This document shows, piece after piece, positions 35,601 through 47,089 of a stretch of 64,000 nucleotides of DNA. The position numbers were made by a program, and so were the translations under genes. Position 1 is the stretch's first letter; each line of letters opens with the position of its first letter. This stretch comes from Heterodontus francisci (lineage: Eukaryota), in the NCBI RefSeq assembly GCF_036365525.1, contig NC_090376.1:94513105-94577104 (forward strand). Reading direction: 5' to 3'. The notes beneath the pieces are model-generated. The model did no database searches, was not told the DNA's origin, and was given only the letters and a program-made list of their open reading frames with translations.

Positions 35601-37030
35601 GAAGAGAGTGCTGATTGATTAGTAAGTGAACTCTGGTAGAGGCGTTGACATGGAGAATGTACCAGTTAATGGTGACTCACAGCTGCAAAGCTTTGTTTGA
35701 AATTTAAACCAGGCTGCTTGACTCTGGTCAAGGCATTGCCCTGGGGAATGAACCAGCGAATGGCTGTCAAGACGAAAAGCTTCGACATAATGTCTCTATT
35801 TTCAGCAAGACTAAAGCTTTTAGTGGTGGAGAAGGGTAGGGAAGTAAACTATGGTAATGATGGCATGAAGGATAGGAAGCTCAGCTGAGGATAAAATACA
35901 ATGACGAGGTGAATGGTCAGGGAAGGAATAATATCAGTGGCAGTGGAGTTTGATTTATCCCATGGAAACCAAACACAATGGTAGAAATTTTCCTGATAAT
36001 CAGCTGAAAGAAGTTGTGATTCATTAAAGACTTCATGTTGGGCAGACATATCAGCATACACATGATGTAGATGGATGACACTGATAGATTGTATGTAGAT
36101 AAAGAGGAGGGGGGCCAGGGATAGATCCTTAAACTCCTGCGGGTAATGGTGTAGGAGAGGGAGGAGATGTTATTGCCGGAGGTGTGTTTCCTTCATCCAG
36201 ATAGGCAGGAATGGACCAAGCAAGGTCCGTCCCATGGAGCTAGGTATTGGGGGAATATGACACTGTTAAATGCTGTGGAGGGGACAAATAGAGCAAGGAG
36301 GGATAATACATCATAGTTTCAGATTCCAACCAACTTCGGTGGTTGTCAGAGTAGAGGGATTTGAACAGGGAGTTACAGAAAGGTAGGCACATAGCTGAGA
36401 GTAACATGCTCAAAGACCTTGGGGAAAGGAAAGTTAGATATGGGCCAGTAGTTGGGATAGGATGGATGGGGAAGCATGAGTTTTCTTCAAAAGGGGACTG
36501 AAGGGTACACCTCCATCAAATCTCCCCTCAATCTTTTTTGCTGCAAGGAGAACAACCCCACCTTCTCCAACCAAACCTGTAGCTAAAATCCCCCATCCTT
36601 GGAACCATTCTGGTAAATCTACTCTGCACCGTCTCAAGGACTTTCACATCTTTGTTCCTATTAACTAATGGTACAAGGATTAGGGGACACAGATAGAAGG
36701 TTTGGGGCAAGAGATGCAGGGGGAATATGAGGAACAACTGTTTTACACAGCGGGTTGTAATGATCTGGCTGCCCACAAGGCTGGTGGAAGCAGAGACAAT
36801 GACTTCAAGGAAATAAACTTGCAGGGCTACAGGGATCAAGCGGGTGAGTGGGACTGACTGGATGGCTCCATGGAGAGTTGGCATGGACTTGATGGGCCAA
36901 ATGGTCTCCTTCTGTGCCGTATATGAATCCATGATTCTGACTCTATGACTCTGAATCTATCCTTCCTAAATTGTGGTGACCAGAACTGGACACAATACTC
37001 TAGTTGTAGCCTAACCTCAACTATCACCAG
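26643..37030 (+). repeat. Tandem segmental duplication, copy 2
   Basis: The junction 'ctatcacc|AG|aaacggctaaagg' joins the end of the unit to its start with a 2-bp AG overlap. Confidence 0.98.
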
Positions 37031-37799
37031 TAACCTGTCTCTCGATGCAGAAATCAACAAGCGCATGGGAAAGGCTTCCACTGCTATGTCTAGACTGGCC
37101 AAGAGAGTGTGGGAAAATGGCACACTGGCACGGAATACAAAAGTCCGCGTGTATCAAGCCTGTGTCCTCAGTACCTTGCTCTATGGCAGCGAGGCCTGGA
37201 CAACGTATGTCAGCCAAGAGCGACGTCTCAATTCATTCCATCTTCGCTGCCTCCGGAGAATCCTTGGCATCAGGTGGCAGGACCGTATCTCCAACACACA
37301 AGTCCTCGAGGCGGCCAACATCCCCAGCTTATACCCTACTGAGTCAGCGGCGCTTGAGATGGCTTGGCCATGTGAGCCGCATGGAAGATGGCAGGATCCC
37401 CAAGGACGTATTGTACAGCGAGCTCGCCACTGGTATCAGACCCACCGGCCGTCCATGTCTCCGCTTTAAAGACGTCTGCAAACGTGACGTGAAGTCCTGT
37501 GACATTGATCACAAGTCGTGGGAGTCAGTTGCCAGCGATTGCCAGAGCTGGCGGGCAGCCATAAAGGCGGGGCTAAAGTGTGGCGAGTCGAAGAGACTTA
37601 GCAGTTGGCAGGAAAAAATACAGAAGCACAAGGGGAGACCCAACTGCGAAACAGCCCTGACAACCAATTTTATCTGCAGCACCTGTGGAAGAGTCTGTCA
37701 CTCAGGAATTGGCCTTTATAGCCACTCCAGGAGCTGCTCCACTGACCACCTGCAGGCGCTTACCCATTGTCTCCTGAGACAAGGAGGCCAAAGAAGAAG
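37017..37799 (+). mobile_element. RTE-clade LINE, 5'-truncated, with a 9-bp TSD
   Basis: ORFs 36945.. and 37045.. together give an RT C-terminus plus a CSTCGRVCHSGIGLYSH finger (one frameshift). There is a (GAA)n tail and a TSD AGCCTAACC at 37008-37016 and 37800-37808. Confidence 0.93.
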
Positions 37800-38935
37800 A
37801 GCCTAACCAGAACTTTTATACGGGTTCTGCATAACTTACCTGCTTTTGTTCTGTATTTATGAAGCCAAAGATACAATATGCTTTGCTAACTACTCTCTCA
37901 CTATATCCTGCCACCTTCAAAGACCTATGCACATGAACCCCCAGGTCTCTCTGCCCTTGTACACTGTTTAGAACAGTTCCATTTAGTTTATATTGCTTCT
38001 CCCTATCCCTTCCTGGTGAGTAATTGAGACGGGGGATGAAAAAGTATTTTCTTTTTCCCTCTACCTTGTGTAACAAGATGTCCTAAGTGCAGTCTCGAAA
38101 GAGAATTTCCTCCTGCACCAGCATGAATATTCTTCAATTTCTCCCATTCTTAAGACCTTTGATTTGAATTTGTGTTAATTTGTGGATAGTTTATGCTGTG
38201 GACCTGTGCCCAGTTAAAGATGGATGGAGACTGCTGACAATTATTCCTGATTGACTTTTGTAGCCAACTGAAAAGGGTTTCAACCCATCAGTATGGGCAA
38301 GATTTAGTCCCAGAGATGAAGCTAAACCCGGTTTCCCACACCAAATTATTATTTCCCCTTTCCATCCTTCATCAGTTGTGCAACCACATAACCTCACTTA
38401 AACAATAAACATAGAATGTCATTACTCCTTAAGTGCTGAAACTATGATTCTCTGATATGTGGCAGTGTGGGCTCAGAGAGAAACTGATTTCAAAGTGACC
38501 TGAGAGCCTTTTCGCAACTGCCCAAGCGTGGGAAGCAAGACTTTAGATGGAGAATTCAAATTTTACTGTCTTAACATGGTTTCCTGGGGTTGGATAGGTC
38601 CATGCTGATCATAAAGCAGGTTTGAAGACTACTCCTGTGCCTTGCAAACTGTATGCAATGGAGACACTCTAGAATCGTCATAGAATCGTTCCAGCATTGA
38701 GTCTGTGCCAGCTCTCTGGAAGAGTAATTTAATTTGTCCCACATACCTGCCCTTTCTCTGTAGCCAGCATTTTTATTTCTCTTCGGGAGCTTGTCGTATT
38801 CCCTTTTGAAGGCCATGATTGAATCTGGCTCAACCACCCTTTCAGGCAGTGCATTCCTGATATTAACTAATTGCTGCGTGAAGAAGTTTTTCCTCTTGTC
38901 ACCTTTGGCTCTTTTGCCAATCACCTTAAATCTGT

Positions 38936-40137
38936 TGTTATGACCAGGTGAGAAAGGGATCTAGCCTTCACCTGGTCTTACCGTACAGGGTTTAATTTTA
39001 AACACGGCATTTTTTTTTAGCTCCCCCTTAGTCCTTGTTCACTAATTTCCAATTATAAAGCAAAGAAACTATTCAAACGGGTTTTCTTAGGTTTAATGAA
39101 GAAGGTTGAACTTTATTAAATTTAAACTCTATTTATTTTTAAATTTTATTTATTTAGAGATACAGCACTGAAACAGGCCCTTCGGCCCACTGAGTCTGTG
39201 CTGACCATCAACCACCCATTTATACTAATCCTACATTAATCCCATATTCCTACCACATCCCCACCTTCCCTCAATTCCCCTACCTATACTAGGGGCAATT
39301 TATAATGGCCAATTTACCTATCAACCTGCAAGTCTTAGGCTGTGGGAGGAAACCGGAGCACCCGGCGAAAACCCACGCAGTCACAGGGAGAACTTGCAAA
39401 CTCCGCACAGGCAGTACCCAGAATTGAACCCAGTGCTAACCACTGTGCCGCCCTATTCGGCTAATGCCTATAGATACGTGACGCGCCCACGCTAGCATGC
39501 ATACGCGATACATGCAGATAGAGACTGAAAAGAGCAGAAGAAATACAGTAGAAAAATTTGAGGCAATATCGGAAGATGGTTTTGGTTACTGTTCTTTGAG
39601 CTCGTTGTAAAGTCCTTGATTGTAGGTAGGTCTTGCTTTTCATTGGGGCCCAGTATTCTTAAACCTTTTTTGATGTAGGAGACTTTTCTCTCTTGAAGTT
39701 CATGTGTCCTCAGTGGGTCCAGAGCCTTGTGAGAAAGAGATGGGGGCAGACAGGAGAGGTCTTCGCACTCCAGGAGCAAACAGTCTTTCTCAGTTCAAAA
39801 ACTCTGTGGCTAGTTCAAAAAACCCTGGACTGGCTAGTTAGTTATGTGACCAGCTGGTTTAACCAGTCCTAGAATTTGTGGATTGTGTCACCTTAGCAGT
39901 CTCTGGAATGCTCTTCCTTACACCTTCGTTGTCTGGTGATCAGAATCCATTGTGGGTTGAATGTCAGGGAATGGTCCTTTTGGCTCCACAAGCACTGTCT
40001 GTTAGTATGCAAATGTTTTTCAGCAAAGTGTCTGGCAGCCCATGTAACAGGCCTTCTCTTCCCAGCAAGTTTAAAATCGATGTTCATGTGACAAAATTAA
40101 TATGCCTCATTCTTGGAAGGTGGGGGCCTGCATGACA
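38936..40137 (-). mobile_element. Solo LTR, family B (probably Gypsy), with an internal HE1 SINE
   Basis: TGTTATGACC...GCATGACA termini (TG..CA), near-4-bp TSD ctgt/ctat, and homology to 55644-56474. Confidence 0.75.
39131..39453 (-). mobile_element. HE1-type V-SINE with an internal deletion in the head
   Basis: Same family as 4618-4960. It is absent from the sister LTR at 55644-56474. Confidence 0.9.
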
Positions 40138-41205
40138 CTATGTTGTCTGGTTCTTGATCCTTCTGCCAACAAGAATATTTTCTCTCTATCTGCTCTGTCT
40201 AGACCTCTCAAGATTCTCAACACCTCTATCAAATCATCTCTCAACCTTCTCTTTAAGAACAACCCCAGCTTCTCCACTCTTTTTATGTAACTGAAGTCCC
40301 ACGTCCCTGGAACCAGTCTTTTAAATCTTTTCTAGGATGCAGGGCACAGTTTCTCTTAAGTGACAGTTTGGCCTAACGGAGAGAGATCTCATTTGAGCTA
40401 TCTGTGTGCAGGCAAGATAATTATAACGTTTTCAAAAAAGAATCACTTTGTCTTATAAAAGAAATACTTTTCTCATTTTTATTAAATACTACATTTTGCT
40501 TCTCATTTAAGTATAAATAAAAGAATAAGGAAGAAAATGTAAATATTATCCACATAAGTCAATGCACGTCTGCTGTTTACGCATTTTATTTTGGTTTACT
40601 GTAGGTTTTCCAGTAGAAATGTATTAACTTTGACATGGTTTCCACAAAGAAGGACCTCACATAGGACTTGAGGAAATTGTACCAAAGAGTTTAGCACATA
40701 ATCGCTCACCTAGAATAACAGTTCGTCCAAGAAAGCTGGGCAAATATATTTACCAAAATGACCAACTTCTACTAAAGTGCTATGAAGCTTAACATGTGCA
40801 TCTTCATCTGCTTGTAACTGTCACCAAGAGTTTTTAAAGTACATTTTAAATGCTTAAAAGATTTTAAGGATTGTAATATTTGCTATTGGTGTGATTCATT
40901 TTAAATATTCTTTGTGCTTGTGTTTAACAGATTTTGTTCCAAAAGCTGTAGAAACATGATGTATTTAAATTGAGTAACCTAGATGTGATTTTAAGGACAT
41001 AAATTTCTGATTTTTTTTTAGAAGCTGACATACATCAAGGGCTACATTGTATGGCATATAGAATGGTCAACTTACCTATGACAACAGCTAAGAAAAATGG
41101 ATTTTTTTGAGACTGCTACTTCATCAAAATCCTCCTTTCTTCAATCAGTGTAATGTTTCTCTTCATATGCTCCTACATGTAGCAAAATATTTTGCAGAAT
41201 TTACT

Positions 41206-44200
41206 ATGGAACCTAAGGACTTTTCTTGTATTCATGAAGAGCCCTGTGAAGTTCATCGAATAGCTAAAGGTATTTCTGAAGCAAATGAAATTGAATGTTG
41301 TGAATTTGGAGCCAAATGGAGAATATGCAAAAATAAGAAACTGAGCAAGGAAACTACTATGCTTCCTGAAACACACTTTTCAGTTTTTCAGACTGAAGAC
41401 TCTGTTTCTGACCAAATGTTGAATTTTTCTTTAAATGGAATAACATATGAAAACAAATTTGATGGTGCAAAGGTTGATGAATCAGATACCACTACCAATA
41501 CTCAAGAAAGTTTGTTCATGGAAAAATATAATGGAGATGATGCATTACTACCTATTCCAAGCCAGAACTGGAGTTACTTTGAATCTTTCATAAACGAAAA
41601 CAAAGAAGAATTTTTAGATCTCTGTGCAACAGATGATTTTTCAACTAACTTAATCAGTGAAGAAGAAAGTGACAGTTTTTTGTTTGATGATGAATCAACA
41701 CTAAGTAGTGATGTCTGCTCACTGAAGATAAGGTATGAATCTTTTCAGGACAATGTGAGAGAGAAAACTAATGCTTTTCAAGATGATGCACAACTTCATT
41801 TTTTTCCCAGTACCCGATGTAATGGAAGCAAAAAAGATGTGAAAAGCCCCATAAAAAAGCATTCTGCTTCTGTACAGGAAGAGAAAAAGGAACATGACAG
41901 TCCAGAACATCACACGCTGTATGAATTAGAAAGTAACAAATGCCTTCTGTCGGGTGTTTTTATGGATAACTGGAAAGATGGTGAGAATTCCATAGACTCA
42001 GTCTGCTTATCCTCCATTCTAAATGAAGATAGAGGAAATTGGAAGCTATTAAGGAAAAGTTCTGAAAGGTATTCAAATCAATCCAATTATACCTTGAGGG
42101 CGAAACGGCAAATACGGTATAGTGATGATTATTTATATGAGATTGATTCTTTAGAGACCATGAAAACTTTGGGCAAAAAGGATCATGTTGTAGATGCCCC
42201 ATGGGAAGATGATGATGACTGGTGCCCTCGGAAAAGAAAAAAAACTGGGAAAAAAGAACCACCTGTTATTATCAAATATATAATTGTCAATCGGTTTAAA
42301 GGTCACAAAAACATGCATGTAAAAATCAGTAGATTAGATTGCACAGAAAGACAAGTACTATTGACTGATGAAGTGGTAAAAAAATATAAAAAGCTTTCAC
42401 CACTTAAGGAATTTTGGTCTCGAATTCCTAATGATTGTAATATGTATCATAACCAAGAAAAACTTGATAGAAAACTAAAAATCTGTTCTGGTGCTGGAAT
42501 GTCTTATATGTTCTTTGCTTCTAAAAATAAAAAACAACGAACACTTGCTAATGGGATGTCATCAATTAAAATAGGATGCACTTTGAGTCACCAAAAAGAC
42601 AGTGTCATTGAAACAGATGCTACAAATACAGAAGTACCCAAGAAAGTACAAAAATATGATAAGTCGGTTTATGAATTTACAGATGAAATAGAACTGAAGC
42701 GCATCACCATTCGGACTGTGAGTAAAGCCAATCAGTTAAGAGTCATGCATGAAGACTCTTCATTACAAAAGCTAAAGAAGAAACACAAAATACTTTCAAA
42801 GAAAAGGAGAGCAAATGGTCTGGATGGTAAAGATACTCGTGGTAGAAATTCTTTAGAAAGTGCAAATGAAAAGCCTCAAGTTCCAAATTCAAGCATGCAC
42901 AAAATTCCAGGTCAGTGGAATTCTGCTTCTACCTTACTTAAATTCAACACTGCGAGTTTACATTCCCCGACATTCAGTGACAAAGTAGAAACACGTAGTG
43001 GTTTACTTTCTCCAGTTCCAGCTACCAGTTGCCCAGACTGGTCTGTACCATCTGCTTACAATACACACTCAGCTTCAGAATCCCTTGGAGGATATTTCCG
43101 GTCTCTGCTCGATGGGAATGATTCCTCAGTTAACGAAAACTTCCAATTTTCCTCCCATCATTCCTGTGCCAATGGGCAGTACAACAAAGTTGTGACAGAA
43201 AACCCATTCTTTTCTCCACTGCAAAGAGAAACTGATAATGTCTCCACAGGGTGCAACAGTAGTGGATCAAATGTGCTTCATTTTTTAGCAGAAAAACAAA
43301 ACCTCCAGGAAGTTTGGAATGTAGAGACTATTCCGAATGTATATCTTCACAATGTAATGGGAAAAGATCAATTTCCATTAGGCACAGTTGACTCTGAAAA
43401 TGAAAGACGGATGCAGATTGGAGTTGAAAATCAATCAACTGTAAACAGTAATATAAATCAATGTGGCTGGAAGGCGTACAGTAGTCAAAATGAATTAAAT
43501 GCCAACCTCAGTCAAAAGATATTAAATGAAGGAACAAAGCAACTGTTTCCTTCAAAAGATTCTCCATGCATTTTAGACATTTCAAACTTTACACCAGCAA
43601 AAGTAAAGCAGAACTCTTGGTCTGAATTTTCACAGGAATATACACCAAAAATCCTCTCCAAAGCAGGCAAGTCTGATATGAAATATTTGGAGCATTGCAG
43701 CCACGGTCAGCTTTCCAGTAAGGCTCCATCACCAAATTTGTGTGTAGAGCAGTGGCAGGTTTGTAGTGAACGATACAGTACAAATATCCATACTTATTGC
43801 ACCAACAGTGATCCAACATGTGTTTCATGTTCACAATGTGCACAATCTTCTGTCCATTTACAGACTTCTGATCATTTGAATTCAAGTAATTACAAATATT
43901 CAAAAATTAATAAGGCAATAAATATTGCAAGAAAAGGTCTTGCAAAATCAAGTGCAGTTCAGTGGGACAGAAAAGCTCTTCAGAAATACCAGAATTGCAA
44001 AACTGAGATCAAAAGCATAAAAGTAGAGAGTATTGAAAAGGACAGTACATCACCAGAAGATTATGAAACTGTTGAAGTTCAGGGTAACTCTTCAGATGCA
44101 TTATATGCAAATCAAATATGTCAATCTGAAAAAGCTTATAAACCCACAAAAGGGTTTACTAATAAAGATTTAGAAATGTGTGCAAAGTTTGTGAAGAAGG

Positions 44201-44595
44201 GTTTAATGAATGCAAAAAACAAACTTCCTATAAAGGAAGCAAAACTGAATGGAAAAGGAAAATACTGGGTTGCTTCTGCAGAATCATATGATGATGTATT
44301 AAGCAACATTACTAGAGGAAGCAGATTATTAAATAATGGTCAGAGAGAATTTGACGAACCTGGTAATATCCTTTCCAACATAGTATCTGGAATGGCAGCA
44401 GTTAATCAGTTTATGATGGCCTCAGTGGAACCAATCTTAAATCATGGGCAAGTTGTTCTCCCTGCTGTTAATCAGTCTTTGGAAGTGCAAAATAGTTCCA
44501 AATGGAAACCCAAACCAATGCAGATATCGCAGATTGGTACAAAAGATCAAAAAAAAAACCACAGCATGTTTCTGAATGTAACCCAAGCAATGTGA
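41206..44595 (+). CDS. NEXMIF: Neurite extension and migration factor (NEXMIF/KIAA2022)-like protein, giant coding exon with DUF4683 region; 1129 aa from the Kozak ATG (frame open from 41092)
   Basis: Uninterrupted 3.5-kb ORF with NEXMIF hallmark blocks: WSYFESFI.E.K.E.LDLC, FDDESTLSSDVCSLKIRYESFQDNVREKT, YTLRAKRQIRYSDDYLY, DDDWCPRKRKK..KKEPPVIIKYIIVNRFKG.KNM.VK, LDISNFTP.K and QREFDEPGNILSNIVSGMA.V..FMMASVEP. The ATG at 41206 is in context actATGg, just after a possible acceptor TTTGCAG. The true start and stop, and orthologue versus paralogue status, are uncertain. Confidence 0.9.
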   Translation: MEPKDFSCIHEEPCEVHRIAKGISEANEIECCEFGAKWRICKNKKLSKETTMLPETHFSVFQTEDSVSDQMLNFSLNGITYENKFDGAKVDESDTTTNTQESLFMEKYNGDDALLPIPSQNWSYFESFINENKEEFLDLCATDDFSTNLISEEESDSFLFDDESTLSSDVCSLKIRYESFQDNVREKTNAFQDDAQLHFFPSTRCNGSKKDVKSPIKKHSASVQEEKKEHDSPEHHTLYELESNKCLLSGVFMDNWKDGENSIDSVCLSSILNEDRGNWKLLRKSSERYSNQSNYTLRAKRQIRYSDDYLYEIDSLETMKTLGKKDHVVDAPWEDDDDWCPRKRKKTGKKEPPVIIKYIIVNRFKGHKNMHVKISRLDCTERQVLLTDEVVKKYKKLSPLKEFWSRIPNDCNMYHNQEKLDRKLKICSGAGMSYMFFASKNKKQRTLANGMSSIKIGCTLSHQKDSVIETDATNTEVPKKVQKYDKSVYEFTDEIELKRITIRTVSKANQLRVMHEDSSLQKLKKKHKILSKKRRANGLDGKDTRGRNSLESANEKPQVPNSSMHKIPGQWNSASTLLKFNTASLHSPTFSDKVETRSGLLSPVPATSCPDWSVPSAYNTHSASESLGGYFRSLLDGNDSSVNENFQFSSHHSCANGQYNKVVTENPFFSPLQRETDNVSTGCNSSGSNVLHFLAEKQNLQEVWNVETIPNVYLHNVMGKDQFPLGTVDSENERRMQIGVENQSTVNSNINQCGWKAYSSQNELNANLSQKILNEGTKQLFPSKDSPCILDISNFTPAKVKQNSWSEFSQEYTPKILSKAGKSDMKYLEHCSHGQLSSKAPSPNLCVEQWQVCSERYSTNIHTYCTNSDPTCVSCSQCAQSSVHLQTSDHLNSSNYKYSKINKAINIARKGLAKSSAVQWDRKALQKYQNCKTEIKSIKVESIEKDSTSPEDYETVEVQGNSSDALYANQICQSEKAYKPTKGFTNKDLEMCAKFVKKGLMNAKNKLPIKEAKLNGKGKYWVASAESYDDVLSNITRGSRLLNNGQREFDEPGNILSNIVSGMAAVNQFMMASVEPILNHGQVVLPAVNQSLEVQNSSKWKPKPMQISQIGTKDQKKNHSMFLNVTQAM

Positions 44596-46208
44596 ATCTT
44601 AATAATTACCCTGTCAATCATATTGCATCTTGCTATGTTCAAAGTGTGTATGGTTCTACCGCACAAATAGCTGACTCCCAGCTATCCAAGCAATACATTT
44701 TGTGAGTAACAAAGGAAAGATATATCATGTGAACTTCAGTTTTTTATTACCTCTGCTCATAGCAATGATGTATTCTGTTTATATACTTGGAGTCCTTCAA
44801 CTGATTTATTATTATTTAGCATACGTCCCTGTAAGTAAAGTTCAGGGTACCAAGTATTTTGAGACCTTGCCCACCAAAATGTACAATGTTTTAAATAGAA
44901 TTGGTACAAGGATTGCAGTTTTTTTTAAATACATATCACTATTTGAAAAGTCTGCCTTTTTTGCTATACTTGAGGGAATATCATACCATGGAGAAATCTA
45001 GGACATTTTTGAAGGTATTGTCAATTAGATTTGCTTTCAGCTTTAATGCTAATACAGACTGTTTTAAAATGTGTATCCTAGTTACATATATTAATGTATT
45101 TACAATTCAGCTTATGTACTTAGAATGATTATTATTGCGAGGACACCTTTTTAATAGTCAAGCTGTCACTGTCTAGCTTTACTGTAAATTAAATTAATTA
45201 CCCTGATTTAACTGTCTTGCCTATTGTAGAATTATCCTTTTGTCCAATCTGCTTCTCTTTGCAATTTTTAAGAATCAAATTTTAGTCAGTGTTTTGTTCT
45301 GTCACGCTGAGCTTAATACATCACTTTAACAGGAACATTTTGACCAAAATATTAATTTTAGAAGGAAAACAGTAAATATTGTGTTCTCAAGCATTTTGTG
45401 GTAAAACCCCTAAAAATAGATGGATATTATCTGTTTATTTTGATTTAGTTGAAAAACTTTTATTGCAAAGATTTGCTTGACCATTGTGAATTATAGCCTT
45501 TGCTCACCTCCGCAGAAAATTCTTTTCTCTAACATTTCCCTAAGCATGAAAATGAATTCAAATAAAACAAATACTAAGTAGGTAGATTTGTAAATGGGTT
45601 TAGGGTATGTTTTAGTACTGACCATAGGTTGTGAATGTATGTAGATAAACCTAAAGAGGTTCCCCAGAAACTCAAATTGCTGGGGTAAATGGTTTGAGTT
45701 TAAAATTAACTCTTTGTACAGTCACAGTAAAGCACTCCACTACACTTCCAGTACAGAATATTGCATGTTTTTCATACAATTTCATTTCACTCGAGGCCCA
45801 TTGAAAAAGATGACATTTCATCATTCAAGATCATGCTATTACCTTCACTTGTAGAATAGAAAAACTTCAACTTGCTGCCTTATCATTCCTTCATGATTGT
45901 TTCATTGTTACCTGTCTTAAATGAAAGCATAATTTAATCTAGTGAGTGATCTAAGAACTTATTGCCTGTTTGTTTGAATTGTGGTGAGTACAGCATTGAT
46001 AAATATAAATTATGTTCCTCATTTCTTTGTGTGCTCTATCCAGCCAATATTAAAATTCTAATAATTATAAGCAGATAACTTTAAGAGTAAATACATTGCT
46101 AAATGGAGTGCAGATTGATTCCAGTGGCATTTCTATGAACTGCACTTATTCCCTTGGTATCTTTCAGTTGTACCTTCTCACTGAAAAATAGACTCTACCA
46201 CTAACATT

Positions 46209-46937
46209 GGCCCAGATTTTGCAATAAAAAGTAATGGTGAGACTATTGGTGCTCACCATTTTTAAAGAGCAAATAGGACAGCAAAATCTGGTGGTTGCGC
46301 ATGTGCAGTTAAGGGTGGAAATTGGGGAATTGCTATCTGAGTTGCTCTACTCTTCCAGAAGCTTTGCTGTAACCATATCTCGCTGACAAATTCAGCCTTC
46401 AAATAGATGAAAGGCTTGATGTTGTGATACTTGACCACTAAATGCCCACTAACCATGTCAGGAAAAGTTAGGGCTTGTACATTCAAGTGTAAGTGAATTT
46501 TTAATGGCATGATAACTCATAATTACAGCCAAACAACCTCTCTGGCACAGAAAAATAACTTTTATAAGTTTGGAGTCTCATCCCTTCAGATTTTAATTAT
46601 TGGAAGAGATTTTTTTTAAAAATTCTTTTATGTTCTCTTTTATCTGTTTCTTAATCCCACCTTCTTTCCCTGTCTTTTTATTTTGCTTTCTGTATATGAT
46701 TTGGTATTGAACTAACTTACACTTCCTGGTTCAGACTCTGCAGGCCTCTATAAGGATTCCTCAGTTTGTTTGGTTAAGGAGACACACCATTGCTTACCCT
46801 GTTTCACCCAAGTCTCAGTCCTCCTGTTTTGACTCTAATTGCCACAACTTCCAGTGCAAAGGTCCATAGAAAGTATGTGGGTAAGTGTAACAAACAGCTA
46901 GTGACATTCATTCACCACTGACCACAAAATTTAGATT
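46209..46937. mobile_element. Probable old MITE (Harbinger-like termini)
   Basis: Weak TIR GGCCCAGATTTTGC ... CACAAAATTTAGATT and a subterminal hairpin AATGGTGAG-n10-CTCACCATT at 46233-46260. Confidence 0.4.
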
Positions 46938-47089
46938 AATATTCTGTCCACAGGAGTGTACATTCTCTCATGCAATGCAATCAGGTACTAACAAGCTCGC
47001 AAGTTTCAATGTGCTGTGGCAGTTGCAGGTTAACAGGAAATAGCTCTTGACCATTTGCAAGTATTGTATTTTTTCACTGTTAAAAAATT

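Larger units (their letters stand above)
38670..40330 (-). mobile_element. CR1 3' fragment split by a solo LTR
   Basis: ORF 38571..38924(-) reads RKNFFTQ..V..NALPERVVE. The element resumes at 40138. Confidence 0.7.

Noticed and set aside
41107-41205. ORF-track start of the 1162-aa protein
   Set aside because: The first codon is TTG, an unlikely vertebrate start. The ATG at 41206 has strong Kozak context, or the frame is entered by splicing.
41900-42450. Assignment of the large ORF to REV3L or AHDC1
   Set aside because: DUF4683 is shared with those genes, but the DVCSLKIRYESFQDNVR and NILSNI.SGMA blocks are NEXMIF-type and no polymerase exons are visible.
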